A stretch of 64,000 nucleotides of DNA from assembly GCA_035935335.1 (NCBI GenBank), contig DASYXF010000113.1, positions 6,463-70,462 of the forward strand, written 5' to 3'. Position numbers and translations under genes: made by a program. Below the pieces are notes generated by a model. It searched no databases and had not been told where the DNA came from. It worked only from the letters and a program-made list of their open reading frames with translations. Positions 20,581 to 30,657 of the stretch are shown piece by piece. The stretch is from Candidatus Acidiferrum sp. (GTDB taxonomy: Bacteria > Acidobacteriota > Terriglobia > Acidiferrales > UBA7541). How positions within the stretch are numbered: the stretch's first letter is position 1; each line of letters starts with the position of its first letter.

Positions 20581-21267
20581 ATGAAACGCAACACACTGCT
20601 GATTGATGCAGACGACACGCTGTGGGAAAACAATGTTTTCTTCGAAAAGCTCATCGAAGATTTCATTACCCTGGTCGAGCCCTGCGGCTATAGCCGCGCC
20701 TACATTCGCCACATCCTGAACGAAACCGAGCGCAAGAACATCCGCCAGTACGGCTACGGCGTGCGCAGCTTCGGCCGCTCTCTGGAAGAAACCTATCTGA
20801 AGCTGGCCGACCAGATGGCCAAACGCGAAACGCTCGCGCAAATCCATGTGCGGGTCGTTGAACTGGAACGCACGCCTCCGAAAATTCTCGATGGCGTGCC
20901 GGAAACGCTCGCCTACCTGACCGCGCGCCACCGGCTAATTTTATTCACTAAGGGAGAACCCGCGGAGCAAGCCGCGAAAGTGGAGCGCTCCGGCCTGCAG
21001 GGATTTTTCGAAGCCATCGAAATCGTCGGGGAAAAGGATTCCAAGACCTACCAGGTGCTGGTAAACAAACACAAAATCGTGAAAACCCACGGCTGGATGA
21101 TCGGCAACAGCCCGCGCAGCGACATCAATCCGGCGATGCAAGCGGGACTGAACGCCGTCTACATCCCGCACGTGAACACCTGGCAACTGGAACACGAGGC
21201 CGTCGTCGCGGGCACGGGAAAGCTGGTGATCCTGCCGGCGTTCCGCGAATTGCGCAATCACTTTTGA
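20581..21267 (+). CDS. HAD-superfamily hydrolase
   Basis: DADDTLW motif I, TKG, MIGNSPRSDINP. Confidence 0.9.
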   Translation: MKRNTLLIDADDTLWENNVFFEKLIEDFITLVEPCGYSRAYIRHILNETERKNIRQYGYGVRSFGRSLEETYLKLADQMAKRETLAQIHVRVVELERTPPKILDGVPETLAYLTARHRLILFTKGEPAEQAAKVERSGLQGFFEAIEIVGEKDSKTYQVLVNKHKIVKTHGWMIGNSPRSDINPAMQAGLNAVYIPHVNTWQLEHEAVVAGTGKLVILPAFRELRNHF

Positions 21268-21316
21268 TGTAACTTTCCCCGATTTCGATGAATCCGATTG
21301 GCAGGACAATTCCAAA

Positions 21317-22246
21317 ATGACAAATGAAAAAAACTGGCCGAAGGTTGCTGTCATCGGCGCGGGCGCAGTCGGCGGCTATTTCGGCGGACTGCTGGCGCGT
21401 TCCGGTGTGCCGGTAACCATGATCGGCCGCCCGGCGTTTGCCGCGGCCGTGCGGAAAACAGGCTTGTTCCTGGATACCAAACAGTTCCAGGAGACGGTGC
21501 ATCCCGAGGCGTCCACGGAACTATCCGCGGCATCCGGCGCGGACTATGTGCTGTTCTGTGTGAAAACCACCGATACCGCCTCTGTGTCGAAGGAACTCTC
21601 CAAGTATATTTCTCCCACAAGCGTGGTGCTCAGCCTGCAGAACGGCGTGAACAATGCCGAAGAAATTCGCCGGGCTTCCGGCATCGAGGCGATTTCCACG
21701 GTCGTCTATGTGGCGGCGTCGGCTCCATCGCCCGGAACCGTGCAACATCTGGGCCGCGGCGATCTGGTCATTGGTCCGCATTCTCCGAAAGTAGATGCCA
21801 CCGCGGATTTCTTTTCGCGCGCCAAACTTCCCTGCCGTGTTTCGGACAACATCGAGGGCGAGTTGTGGACCAAGCTGGTGTGGAACTGCGCACTGAACGC
21901 CGTCTCGGGCCTCGGCCGCGTGACCTATGGCGAAATCATCGCCAGCGAAGAGGCCAAGCGTGTGGTGGAGGCAGTCGTTTACGAAGTGCTGGCCGTCGCA
22001 AAGAAAAAAGGCATTCATCCTCCGGGCCTTGAAGATCCGCAAGCAGCGATTGCCGGAGCTTTTTTGATTGGCGAGCAGATGAGCGGCACGCGTTCTTCCA
22101 CGGCGCAGGACATGGCCCGCAGCAAGCCCACGGAGATTGATTCCCTCAACGGTTACATCGCCCGCCTCGGCACAGAATTGGGCGTGCCGGTGCCGGTGAA
22201 TCACACGCTGTATACGCTGGTGAAATTGCAGGAAGCAAATTTCTAG
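21317..22246 (+). CDS. panE: 2-dehydropantoate 2-reductase
   Basis: GAGAVGG, LQNG, WTKLVWN, SSTAQD and EIDSLNG motifs. Confidence 0.92.
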   Translation: MTNEKNWPKVAVIGAGAVGGYFGGLLARSGVPVTMIGRPAFAAAVRKTGLFLDTKQFQETVHPEASTELSAASGADYVLFCVKTTDTASVSKELSKYISPTSVVLSLQNGVNNAEEIRRASGIEAISTVVYVAASAPSPGTVQHLGRGDLVIGPHSPKVDATADFFSRAKLPCRVSDNIEGELWTKLVWNCALNAVSGLGRVTYGEIIASEEAKRVVEAVVYEVLAVAKKKGIHPPGLEDPQAAIAGAFLIGEQMSGTRSSTAQDMARSKPTEIDSLNGYIARLGTELGVPVPVNHTLYTLVKLQEANF

Positions 22247-22263
22247 AGCTTAGGCTTGCGTGC

Positions 22264-22359
22264 GCCGACCTGAAGGTCGGCCACTACACACCCAGGACTA
22301 CACACCCAGGGCCGCCCGCCTCCCTCCTGCGGCGGGCAGGCGGAAGGAGGCCGCTACAA
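22264..22359. repeat. Cluster of GTAG-type REPs between convergent genes
   Basis: gccgacctgaaggtcggccactaca; direct repeat ctacacacccagg; ...ggaaggaggccgctacaaa (related to 50870-50898). Confidence 0.65.
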
Positions 22360-22384
22360 AATTTGGATTGCATTCTTGCCGCTG

Positions 22385-24067
22385 CTACTGGCGGGCGGGG
22401 GCGTGGAAGGGGATGTGCACGATGGCTTCGAGGTCGACGGGTTGCCCTTCGCGCGTGGCCGGCTCGAATTTCCACTCTTTGAAAGCGTCCATGGCGTTGG
22501 CGTTCAGACGGTCATCCACGCCGCGTACCAACTGGATGCTGTCCACAGTCCCGTTCTGCCGGATCACGCCGTAGAGAATCACTTCTCCTTCAATGCGTTC
22601 CTCAGCCATCGTGGAAGGATACTTCGGGTCCACCTTGTGTACCGGCACGGGCGCGGCAACATTCCCCGCGTGGCTCGCGGCGCCCGTTAGATGCAGCTCC
22701 GAAAAATGAATGATCCAGCTGCCTGTGGCGCTGTTGAGGTTGGGCATGTTGACGTTCATCGAGTACACGCGGCGACGCGAAAAAATCTGCTCCGGCGGGG
22801 ACCCAGGCGGCAGCAAGGCGAAATTGGGCGGCCCCGTTCGCACCGGCTCATCTTCCACGCCCGCGTTCGGGTCGGGACGTTTCATGTACGCCTGCGGCTT
22901 GGCCATGCTGAACTTTCCCACTCCGCCAAGCCCCGACGCGCTCGAATTTGGTTTTGGATTTCCGCCGCTGATCACGATGCCGGTTGCATTCGATCCACCG
23001 GCGGTGTTGCTGGCCATCTCCGGAGTTCCGCCATTCGAAGCGGAAGGCGCGGCCGAGCCGCCGGGTACACCAGGCTTTTTGCCTTCAGGCGAAATCGCGA
23101 CGCGCGCCGACAAATTTCCATCCGGCACGGGAACCACCGGGGCGGGCGGCGCCGGTGTAGCGGAGAGCGCGATCAGCGTGCCCGTCGAGCCAACCGGCGC
23201 ATTCGAGGCCGACGGCGTTACTTCTGGCGCGGCGGCAAGTTCTCCTTCCTGTTTGCGCGAGCCGAGTCGCGGCGCGGAACCCGCGTTGATTTCGACCTTC
23301 GGTTTCGCGGGTCCGTTCGGTTGGGTCATCAGGCTGATTTCCGCCGGTTTTTGCTCCAGATTCGGCAAATCGGGTGAAGGGGCATCCGTGGTCGCAACCG
23401 TCTTTCTCGTCTTTGGGCGGAGCTTCCTCAGCGTCTGCTCGCTGATTTCCAGGTGCGGCCGTGGAGGAGCCGGCACCGAAGCGATATGCACAATATTGGG
23501 CAGGTCCGGCAAAATCTTTGGAGCTTCCGGCGGCGCCCCGAGGTTCACCAGCGTCTGCCGCGGATGATTCGGCCGCGAAGGATCGGTGAAGACCCGCTGG
23601 CGGGGATGAAACGCGTCTGCGCCCTCCATAGGTGGCGGCTCGGAGGGATTCTTGGCGCGCGGCGCGGCTTTCTTCTCGCGCGGCATGTTAAGCAGCGGCA
23701 GATCGTCAATCGGCCCGGACCAGGTCAGCTGAGTGTTTTCAAAGGCGGGATTGCGTTTTGCCGACATTCCCAGGTCGGGCCAAGGAATCAGCAGCAGCAG
23801 AATTTGTACCAGCGCTGCCAGCAGGATTGCGCGGCGCGGGGTGGGGTGTTCGACGCGGCAATCGCGAAGCACGTAGACCAGCGGCACGGCGGACGTCAGG
23901 CGCGTCCGCTGAAAGAATACCGGGATGTTACTGAAAAAATTCTGGTGAAAACTGCCCCAGGCGATATCCAGCTTCGGCTCCAACGTGCCGGGCAAAATGA
24001 TATGCGGGGGATAGAGCTCCGCCTGGCCGAGCAAATCGTATCGATTGACCTGGTACCGCTTGCCCAT
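22385..24067 (-). CDS. Proline-rich TonB-family energy transducer
   Basis: Single TM, long Pro-rich linker, C-terminal PKYP...IEGEVIL...GTV...WKFEPA..GQPV TonB_C domain. Confidence 0.8.
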   Translation of the reverse strand: MGKRYQVNRYDLLGQAELYPPHIILPGTLEPKLDIAWGSFHQNFFSNIPVFFQRTRLTSAVPLVYVLRDCRVEHPTPRRAILLAALVQILLLLIPWPDLGMSAKRNPAFENTQLTWSGPIDDLPLLNMPREKKAAPRAKNPSEPPPMEGADAFHPRQRVFTDPSRPNHPRQTLVNLGAPPEAPKILPDLPNIVHIASVPAPPRPHLEISEQTLRKLRPKTRKTVATTDAPSPDLPNLEQKPAEISLMTQPNGPAKPKVEINAGSAPRLGSRKQEGELAAAPEVTPSASNAPVGSTGTLIALSATPAPPAPVVPVPDGNLSARVAISPEGKKPGVPGGSAAPSASNGGTPEMASNTAGGSNATGIVISGGNPKPNSSASGLGGVGKFSMAKPQAYMKRPDPNAGVEDEPVRTGPPNFALLPPGSPPEQIFSRRRVYSMNVNMPNLNSATGSWIIHFSELHLTGAASHAGNVAAPVPVHKVDPKYPSTMAEERIEGEVILYGVIRQNGTVDSIQLVRGVDDRLNANAMDAFKEWKFEPATREGQPVDLEAIVHIPFHAPARQ

Positions 24068-24159
24068 AAACCCCTAATTGTATCGCGCCCGGCGCTGCCG
24101 CGCGTTTTTTCCGGTCCATTCAAGGACTCTGAAATAGATGAACTGGGCGGAACTAAGGT

Positions 24160-24759
24160 TTACTCGGAGCGGGGCCTCTCCGGCAGACTGGGGGGACGAA
24201 ACCTGTAAAAAGTCAGCGCCGCGTCGCCCTGACGCAACACGCGGACTCGTGCGAGCTTACCAAAGGTTTCGGCAAGGTCAAGCGAACGTTGGTGCTCTGC
24301 TATAACCACTGCATTTTCAGCAAGCAAATCCGCTTCGCCCAAAAAGGAGAGCGCGCTTTTGTACTGTTCTTTCTCGTCGTATGGCGGATCCAGAAAAAGA
24401 ATATCAATTCCGGCATTTGCGGCGGATGGTTCCTCGGAAAGGCGCTCAAGCGCTTTCAACGCATCCGAAGTCACAACTCGCGCGCCGCGCCGAATGTCCA
24501 GCGATTCCAGATTTTTCTTGATGAGAGCAGCCGTTGGCGGATGCCTCTCGACAAAAATCGCTTCGCTCGCGCCGCGGCTCAGCGCTTCGATGCCCACCGC
24601 GCCCGTGCCGGCGAATAAATCCATAAATCGCGCGTCGACAACCAATCCGCCGAGGACATTGAACATGGTTTCGCGCAGTTTGTCGCTGGTCGGGCGCAAC
24701 GCCATACCCTTGATGCTTTTCAACTGACGGCTGCGAAATTTTCCCGCAATGATGCGCAT
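24160..24759 (-). CDS. rsmD: 16S rRNA m2G966 methyltransferase RsmD
   Basis: MRIIAG, RPT..KLRE, DLFAGTG, EALSRGA and DPPY motifs. Confidence 0.95.
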   Translation of the reverse strand: MRIIAGKFRSRQLKSIKGMALRPTSDKLRETMFNVLGGLVVDARFMDLFAGTGAVGIEALSRGASEAIFVERHPPTAALIKKNLESLDIRRGARVVTSDALKALERLSEEPSAANAGIDILFLDPPYDEKEQYKSALSFLGEADLLAENAVVIAEHQRSLDLAETFGKLARVRVLRQGDAALTFYRFRPPSLPERPRSE

Positions 24760-24771
24760 AAGCGGTGGGCC

Positions 24772-26886
24772 TTAGCCGATCCTGGCCAGGTGATACCGAC
24801 GCTGCCATTGCGGCGGCAGAAGCCGCAGCATGTGTTGCAGGGTTTCTTTTTGCGCGGGTTCCTCAACCAGCTGAAACGCCTCTTTTCTGGCTCGCTCCAG
24901 CAATTCACGGTCGCGAAGGGGATTCGCCACGTGGAAGCCAAGTTCCCCGGATTGCCGCGTGCCGAAGAATTCGCCAGGTCCGCGAATCAGCAGGTCGGTT
25001 TCGGCAATTTCGAATCCGTTCGTCGTGCGCACCATTGTTTCCAGGCGGGCGCGGCCGTCGTCGGTCATGCGTCCCGGCGCCACCAGGACGCAATGCGATT
25101 TCTGCGCGCCGCGGCCGATGCGCCCGCGAAGCTGGTGCAATTGCGCCAGGCCGAAGCGCTCCGCGTGTTCAATTACCATCACCGTCGCATTCGGCACATC
25201 AACGCCAACTTCGATCACCGTGGTCGCCACCAGAATCTGCACCTCATTCCGACGGAAGCGCTGCATAACGTCGTCTTTTTCTTCGCTGGACATCCGCCCG
25301 TGCAGCAGCCCCACTTGCAATTTCGGAAATACGTCGCGCGAAAGCCGCTCGTACTCTTCCATCGCGGCCTTCAGCTCCAGTTTCGATTCCTCGATCACCG
25401 GATAGACGATGTAACCCTGGCGCCCGGCTTCGACTTCACGCCGCAGAGATTCCCACACGCCGGGGAGATGTTTTTCCGTGGTCATCCGCGTTTCAATCGG
25501 CGTGCGGCCGGGAGGCAATTCGTCCAGCACAGAGACGTCGAGGTCGCCATAAAGAGTAAGAGAGAGCGTGCGGGGAATCGGCGTGGCAGTCAGCACAAGC
25601 ACATGCGGCGCGAAGCCGGTCTTGGCGGCTTTGTCCATCAGCCGCTTGCGTTGCAGCACGCCGAATCGGTGCTGCTCGTCAATGGCTACGAAGCCCAGCC
25701 GCGCAAACTCCACTTCATCTTCGATCAGTGCGTGCGTCCCAATCACCAAGCGCGCCTGGCCCGTTCGAATTCTTTCGCGGGCCGCGGCCTTCTCCGCCGG
25801 CTTCAACCCGCTGATCAGAAGCTCCGCGGTGTAGCCGCCGGGCGCCAGAATCCGCCGCGCCGAAAGGAAATGCTGCACGGCGAGAATCTCCGTGGGCGCC
25901 ATCAAGGCGGCCTGGCAGCCGTTTTCCATGGCAATCACTGCCGCCTGCATCGCCACAATCGTTTTCCCGCTGCCAACGTCGCCCTGCAAAAGGCGGTTCA
26001 TCGGGGCAGGCCTTTCCAAATCGGCGGCGATTTCCGCGAGAACGCGTTTTTGCGCTCCCGTCGGCTTGAAGGGAAGAATGCGTTTCAGGGCTTCGCGTAC
26101 CTTGTCTTCCCGCACATGAAAGGCAATGGCGTTCTCCTTGCGTTGCGCCTTGCGCCCGAGAGCCATGCTCAGTTGATAGAGAAAAAACTCCTCGAAGATC
26201 AGCCGCTGTTGCGCGGGCGACCGGAAGAGGTTCAGCGCCTCCAACGATTCCTCAACCGGAGGAAAATGCGTGTGAATCAACGCTTCGCGCCGGGAGGGGT
26301 AGTGCAACTTTCCCCGCAGCGCGACCGGCAAGACATCGGGAATATTCGGATCCAGATTCTGCAGCGTGTTGTAAATCGCGCGACGAATCATTCGAGAGCC
26401 AAACGTGCCGACGGCCTCATAGATCGGCACAATGCGCCCCATCTCCGTGGAATCCACTTCCTCGCTGCTCAATACTTCAATCTGCGGATTCACCATCTCG
26501 CGCCGCGCCGGCCGTAGTTTGTCAATTTCCACTTTGCCGTGCAGGATCAGTTGCTGCCCGGGCTTCAGGCGGTCTTCCAGGTAACCACCATGAAAAAATT
26601 TACAGGGCAGCGACCCGCTGTCGTCTTGCACCAGCAAATGATAGATGGCGTCCCGGCCATACATGCCGCGCACCGCTTGGCCGCTCATCACGCGGGCGCG
26701 CAGGGTGTAAGTGCCGCCGGGCTGGACATCTTTGATCCGGGAAAAATGGATGCGATCTTCATAGCGGAACGGAAGGTAGTTCAACAGATCTTCCAGCGTG
26801 AGAATCCCGCGCTTGGCAAGAAGCTCCGCGCGTTGCGGCCCGACTCCTTTGACCATGCGCACTTCGGTTTGCAGGCTGATGGGCAT
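24772..26886 (-). CDS. recG: ATP-dependent DNA helicase RecG
   Basis: Wedge OB domain, QGDVGSGKT, DEQHRFG, TATPIPRT, QLRGRIGRG and RGPGEFFG.RQSG. Confidence 0.98.
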   Translation of the reverse strand: MPISLQTEVRMVKGVGPQRAELLAKRGILTLEDLLNYLPFRYEDRIHFSRIKDVQPGGTYTLRARVMSGQAVRGMYGRDAIYHLLVQDDSGSLPCKFFHGGYLEDRLKPGQQLILHGKVEIDKLRPARREMVNPQIEVLSSEEVDSTEMGRIVPIYEAVGTFGSRMIRRAIYNTLQNLDPNIPDVLPVALRGKLHYPSRREALIHTHFPPVEESLEALNLFRSPAQQRLIFEEFFLYQLSMALGRKAQRKENAIAFHVREDKVREALKRILPFKPTGAQKRVLAEIAADLERPAPMNRLLQGDVGSGKTIVAMQAAVIAMENGCQAALMAPTEILAVQHFLSARRILAPGGYTAELLISGLKPAEKAAARERIRTGQARLVIGTHALIEDEVEFARLGFVAIDEQHRFGVLQRKRLMDKAAKTGFAPHVLVLTATPIPRTLSLTLYGDLDVSVLDELPPGRTPIETRMTTEKHLPGVWESLRREVEAGRQGYIVYPVIEESKLELKAAMEEYERLSRDVFPKLQVGLLHGRMSSEEKDDVMQRFRRNEVQILVATTVIEVGVDVPNATVMVIEHAERFGLAQLHQLRGRIGRGAQKSHCVLVAPGRMTDDGRARLETMVRTTNGFEIAETDLLIRGPGEFFGTRQSGELGFHVANPLRDRELLERARKEAFQLVEEPAQKETLQHMLRLLPPQWQRRYHLARIG

Positions 26887-26928
26887 CCTTCCTTCTTTAT
26901 ATCATCCCCGCCTAAGCTTCGCTTTTCG

Positions 26929-26954
26929 TGAAACTTGCGCCATCGGCATGCGTA
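26929..26954 (+). promoter_or_regulatory. ECF (sigmaW-type) promoter TGAAAC-N16-CGTA
   Basis: Exact match to the Bacillus sigmaW consensus, 48 nt upstream of TTG 27002. Confidence 0.6.
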
Positions 26955-27001
26955 TCGTTAGAGTGGGCTGTCGCGCTTGTTTTTCAGCGCAGGAGGCTGC
27001 C

Positions 27002-30000
27002 TTGGCGGATGCTCGATTAACAGGGTCGGAGAAGCGCGCGCTCGTCCTGTGGGTCGTCTTCGGCGCGCTGGGGCTGCTGTTCGCACAACGTTATTTCTTC
27101 CGAGCCTTCCCCGAAGCCTCGATCGATTTCAAAGTATCCCAGAAAGAAGCCGAAACTCGCGCCAGAAAATTTCTTGGGGATCTGGGAGAAAACGTAAACG
27201 ACTACAAATCGTCGGTCGTGTTTGAGGTGGACGACAACGCCAAGACGTATCTCGAACGCGAGCTGGGGCTGCAACAAGCCAACCGGGTAATGTCCAGCGA
27301 AGTGGACGTCTGGTATTGGGAGGTGCGTTTCTTCCGCCCGCTGCAAATCGAAGAATATGAGGTGCGGATCAGTCCGGCGGGGAAAGTAGTCGCCTTCGAG
27401 CACAAAATCGAAGAGGCACGCGGCGCGAAATCACTGTCCCGTTCGGAAGCGCTTTCCTCCGCCGAACAATTCCTCCGTACCAACGAAGGGCTCGATCTCG
27501 ACCAGTGGAACTTCCTGCCGGAAGAGGGAGGGTCGGAGGTCAAACCAAACCGCATCGACTGGTCCTTTAGCTGGGAGAAAAAAGGCTTCAAGGCCAAGGA
27601 CGCGCCGTATCGCCTCGAGGTCGGCCTCGAAGGCGACCGGATCGGAGACGCTCAGGTATCGCTGAAGGTTCCGGAAGACTGGAAGCGCGGGTACGCGCAC
27701 CTGCGCTCGACGAATGATTTTTACGAACTCGTCGCATTCATCCCGTACGGATTTCTGCTAGGTGGCGCTCTTTGGCTGGGGGTGAGTTTATCGCGGCGCG
27801 GTGAAACCCGGTGGATGCCGGCGGTGAAACTTGGCGGCCTGGTGGCGGTTCTGTTCTTGCTAATGCAGCTAAACGAATGGAACACGCTGCCGCCCAGCTA
27901 CGTCACGCACGATTCCTATTCGAGTTTTCTGGCGCAAAGGTTTTTCCTCGCGTTGCTTCAGGCTCTCGGGACCGGCTTGATGGTCACACTCGTCCTGCCC
28001 GGTGGCGAACCACTCTATCGCTCCACGCAGCCCGACAAACTTCGTTTGTCCAACGCCTTCTCCTTGCGGGGGCTTCGCTCGAAAGAGTTTTTCTGTTCTT
28101 CGCTGGTTGGGCTGGGGTTGGCGGCGGCGCACATCGGTTTCATCGTTGCGTTTTACATGATTGGGAGCAAACACGGAGTCTGGGCTCCGCAGGACACCAA
28201 CTATTCGGGCGCATTCAACACGGCTATTCCGTGGATCGGCGGCGTGGCCATCGGCGTCACGGCGGCGACCAGTGAAGAATTCCTGTTCCGCCTGTTTGCG
28301 ATTCCGTTTCTGCACAAAATGACCGGTTCGCGCGTCCTGGCCGTAATTCTGCCGGCGTTTTTCTGGGGCTTCCTGCACAGCAATTATCCGCAGGAACCCG
28401 GCTACATCCGCGGACTTGAAGTGGGCTTGATCGGAATCGTCGCGGGCCTGGTGATGTTGCGTTGGGGAATCCTGGCGACCCTCATCTGGCACTACACGGT
28501 GGATGCCTCGCTGGTGGGATTGCTGCTGATCCGCTCCGATAATTTGTACTACAGGATCTCCGGTGTGGTCGTGGGCCTCGCTGCGGTCGCTCCCCTGTTG
28601 TGGTCCGGCATTTCGTATCTGCTACGCGGCCGCTTCGAACCGGTGGACGACCTGCTGAACGGCGCCGCGACGAGTCCGAAAATTGAATTCACCCCAAAAC
28701 CACCGGTGGCGGCCCCTGCAGCGGGTTCCAGGCGATATACGCCGCTAACGGTCGGCATGGTGGGATTCCTCGCCGCGTGCCTGGTTGTGGGAGGACTTCT
28801 TTCCTGGCGCCTACAGCGCGAATCGGTGGGCGACTACCTGAAGCTGTCGGTTCATGAACAAACGGCGGTGACTCGAGCGGACGCAGTCATGAAGGATCAC
28901 GGACTGGATCCGCGTGCCTATCGCCGCGCGGCCGAGCTTGTAAACAAGATGGATCCCACGGTCAACGAGTACCTGCGGCGCCGCATCTCCGTGAAGGAGA
29001 TCAACCGCATTTACACCGAGCAGGTGCCGGGTGTCCTCTGGCGCGTGCGTTATTTCAAGGATTCGCAACCCGAGGAATTTGCCGTAGTACTCAGGCCCGA
29101 CGGCGCACTGCAAGGCTTCTGGCACAAGCTGGCCGAAAAGGATAAAGGGGCTTCCCTTGACAAAGACGCGGCCAGGAAAATTGCCGAGGCCTTTCTTCGC
29201 GAGCAGAAACAGATCGACCTGGAAAAATGGACACTGGTGGAAGACGAGTCCAAGAAACAGCCCAATCGAATCGATCACGATCTGAGCTGGCAGGCAAAAA
29301 CTCCTCTGGACGCAAAATCCGGCCCGGCGTCGAGCGCCAATTCAGCCGATCACGCTTACGAAAGAATGGAGCTGAGAATTCTGGGCGACGAGCCGGTGGA
29401 TTTCCGGACGTACATCAAGATCCCTGACGAGTTCGTGCAAAAACAGGAAGAGGGTTCTCTTCCGCGGACGCTTTTCCTGATTCTGAAAATCGTGGGCGTG
29501 GTGGCCGCTGGAATCGTTGTCCTCGTTCTCTATTTCGTCAGGACGCGCAAGGAGCCTGGCGCAAGCGTGCCCTGGCGGCGGCTGGCTCTCTGGGCCTCGT
29601 TTGGCGTGGCCGCTTATCTATTGCGGTTTCTGCTTGGCAATGGAATCCCCGGTACGCTAATCGAATATTCAACGGCCTTTCCATGGAAACTCTTTGTCTC
29701 TGGAATCGTGGTTCGGTACTTCATTCTGGTAATGGTTCTGCAAGGTTTTCTCGTGGTGTTGTTCGGTTTGGCCTGGCACTATGCCGCCCGGGCGTTTGGA
29801 GAGGAGTCCATTCCCTCATGGCTGGGCATGTCACCCGACTATTACCGCGATGCGCTGTGGATCGGCCTCGGCGGCAGCGCCGCCCTGATAGGTGTTCGCC
29901 GTTTCCTGGATGTGGCCTCCGACTGGTGGCCCACCGAACACCGCGGGCTCGCGGCCGGCGCAGGACAGATGTTCGACGCCGTCTTTCCCGCCGGAATGGT

Positions 30001-30418
30001 AATAGGAGGCTCAATCCTTTCCGCGCTAATCGTAACTGGCGCGGTCATGCTTGCCGCGGCCTGCCTGGGGGCGGAAGTAAGGGTCCGTTGGCTGCGGTTG
30101 GTGCTTTTCCTGGCCCTTGCCGCTGGGCTGGTTTCCAGCTGGGGTTCGCCAATCGACTTCCTGAAGCAATTCCTGGCGAACTTAATCCTATTGACATTCG
30201 TAGTATTCGGTATGCGGCGTGTGGTGCGCTTCAACGTGCTTGGTTTGTTCCTGATCGTGGCGGGAACGAATCTGTTGGGGGGCGCTCTTCAGCTCTCCCG
30301 GCAGACAGACGGGTTTTATCGCTTCCAGGCATATCTCGTTCTGGCGGTGTTGGCTCTTCTGCTGGCCTGGCCACTGGTGGCGTGGCGAACGGGCTCCGGG
30401 CAGAGCGTTACAACCTAG
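27002..30418 (+). CDS. Large CPBP (Abi/Rce1-like) intramembrane metalloprotease with duplicated extracytoplasmic domains
   Basis: SEEFLFR, FWGFLH and IWHYTVD motifs; many TMs; TTG start after AGGAGG. Confidence 0.85.
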   Translation: MADARLTGSEKRALVLWVVFGALGLLFAQRYFFRAFPEASIDFKVSQKEAETRARKFLGDLGENVNDYKSSVVFEVDDNAKTYLERELGLQQANRVMSSEVDVWYWEVRFFRPLQIEEYEVRISPAGKVVAFEHKIEEARGAKSLSRSEALSSAEQFLRTNEGLDLDQWNFLPEEGGSEVKPNRIDWSFSWEKKGFKAKDAPYRLEVGLEGDRIGDAQVSLKVPEDWKRGYAHLRSTNDFYELVAFIPYGFLLGGALWLGVSLSRRGETRWMPAVKLGGLVAVLFLLMQLNEWNTLPPSYVTHDSYSSFLAQRFFLALLQALGTGLMVTLVLPGGEPLYRSTQPDKLRLSNAFSLRGLRSKEFFCSSLVGLGLAAAHIGFIVAFYMIGSKHGVWAPQDTNYSGAFNTAIPWIGGVAIGVTAATSEEFLFRLFAIPFLHKMTGSRVLAVILPAFFWGFLHSNYPQEPGYIRGLEVGLIGIVAGLVMLRWGILATLIWHYTVDASLVGLLLIRSDNLYYRISGVVVGLAAVAPLLWSGISYLLRGRFEPVDDLLNGAATSPKIEFTPKPPVAAPAAGSRRYTPLTVGMVGFLAACLVVGGLLSWRLQRESVGDYLKLSVHEQTAVTRADAVMKDHGLDPRAYRRAAELVNKMDPTVNEYLRRRISVKEINRIYTEQVPGVLWRVRYFKDSQPEEFAVVLRPDGALQGFWHKLAEKDKGASLDKDAARKIAEAFLREQKQIDLEKWTLVEDESKKQPNRIDHDLSWQAKTPLDAKSGPASSANSADHAYERMELRILGDEPVDFRTYIKIPDEFVQKQEEGSLPRTLFLILKIVGVVAAGIVVLVLYFVRTRKEPGASVPWRRLALWASFGVAAYLLRFLLGNGIPGTLIEYSTAFPWKLFVSGIVVRYFILVMVLQGFLVVLFGLAWHYAARAFGEESIPSWLGMSPDYYRDALWIGLGGSAALIGVRRFLDVASDWWPTEHRGLAAGAGQMFDAVFPAGMVIGGSILSALIVTGAVMLAAACLGAEVRVRWLRLVLFLALAAGLVSSWGSPIDFLKQFLANLILLTFVVFGMRRVVRFNVLGLFLIVAGTNLLGGALQLSRQTDGFYRFQAYLVLAVLALLLAWPLVAWRTGSGQSVTT

Positions 30419-30453
30419 GGAAACGGGCTAGGGAAACGGGCTAGGCAAACGGG
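30415..30453 (+). repeat. 13-bp tandem repeat x3 (CTAGG(G/C)AAACGGG)
   Basis: Copies at 30415, 30428 and 30441, overlapping the stop codon. Confidence 0.8.
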
Positions 30454-30657
30454 CATACCGGGAAATCGTTTCGAGCATCGAAGAGGTGAGTGGTCCCGGG
30501 TGGTTACGCTTGTATCCTTGCGACCCTGCTTACAAAAGGGGGCCTCAAGCGTCCAATCAGTGTATCGGGCGTGTAGCCTGCAATTTGGCCGTCCGCCGAT
30601 TCACTAAAGTCTCTTGTTTCAAAGAATTACACAAGAGTCGGCAGAGAGAAACAAGCG

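Noticed and set aside
6857-30453. Short tandem repeats or REP doublets as CRISPR arrays
   Set aside because: No regular repeat-spacer periodicity and no cas genes.
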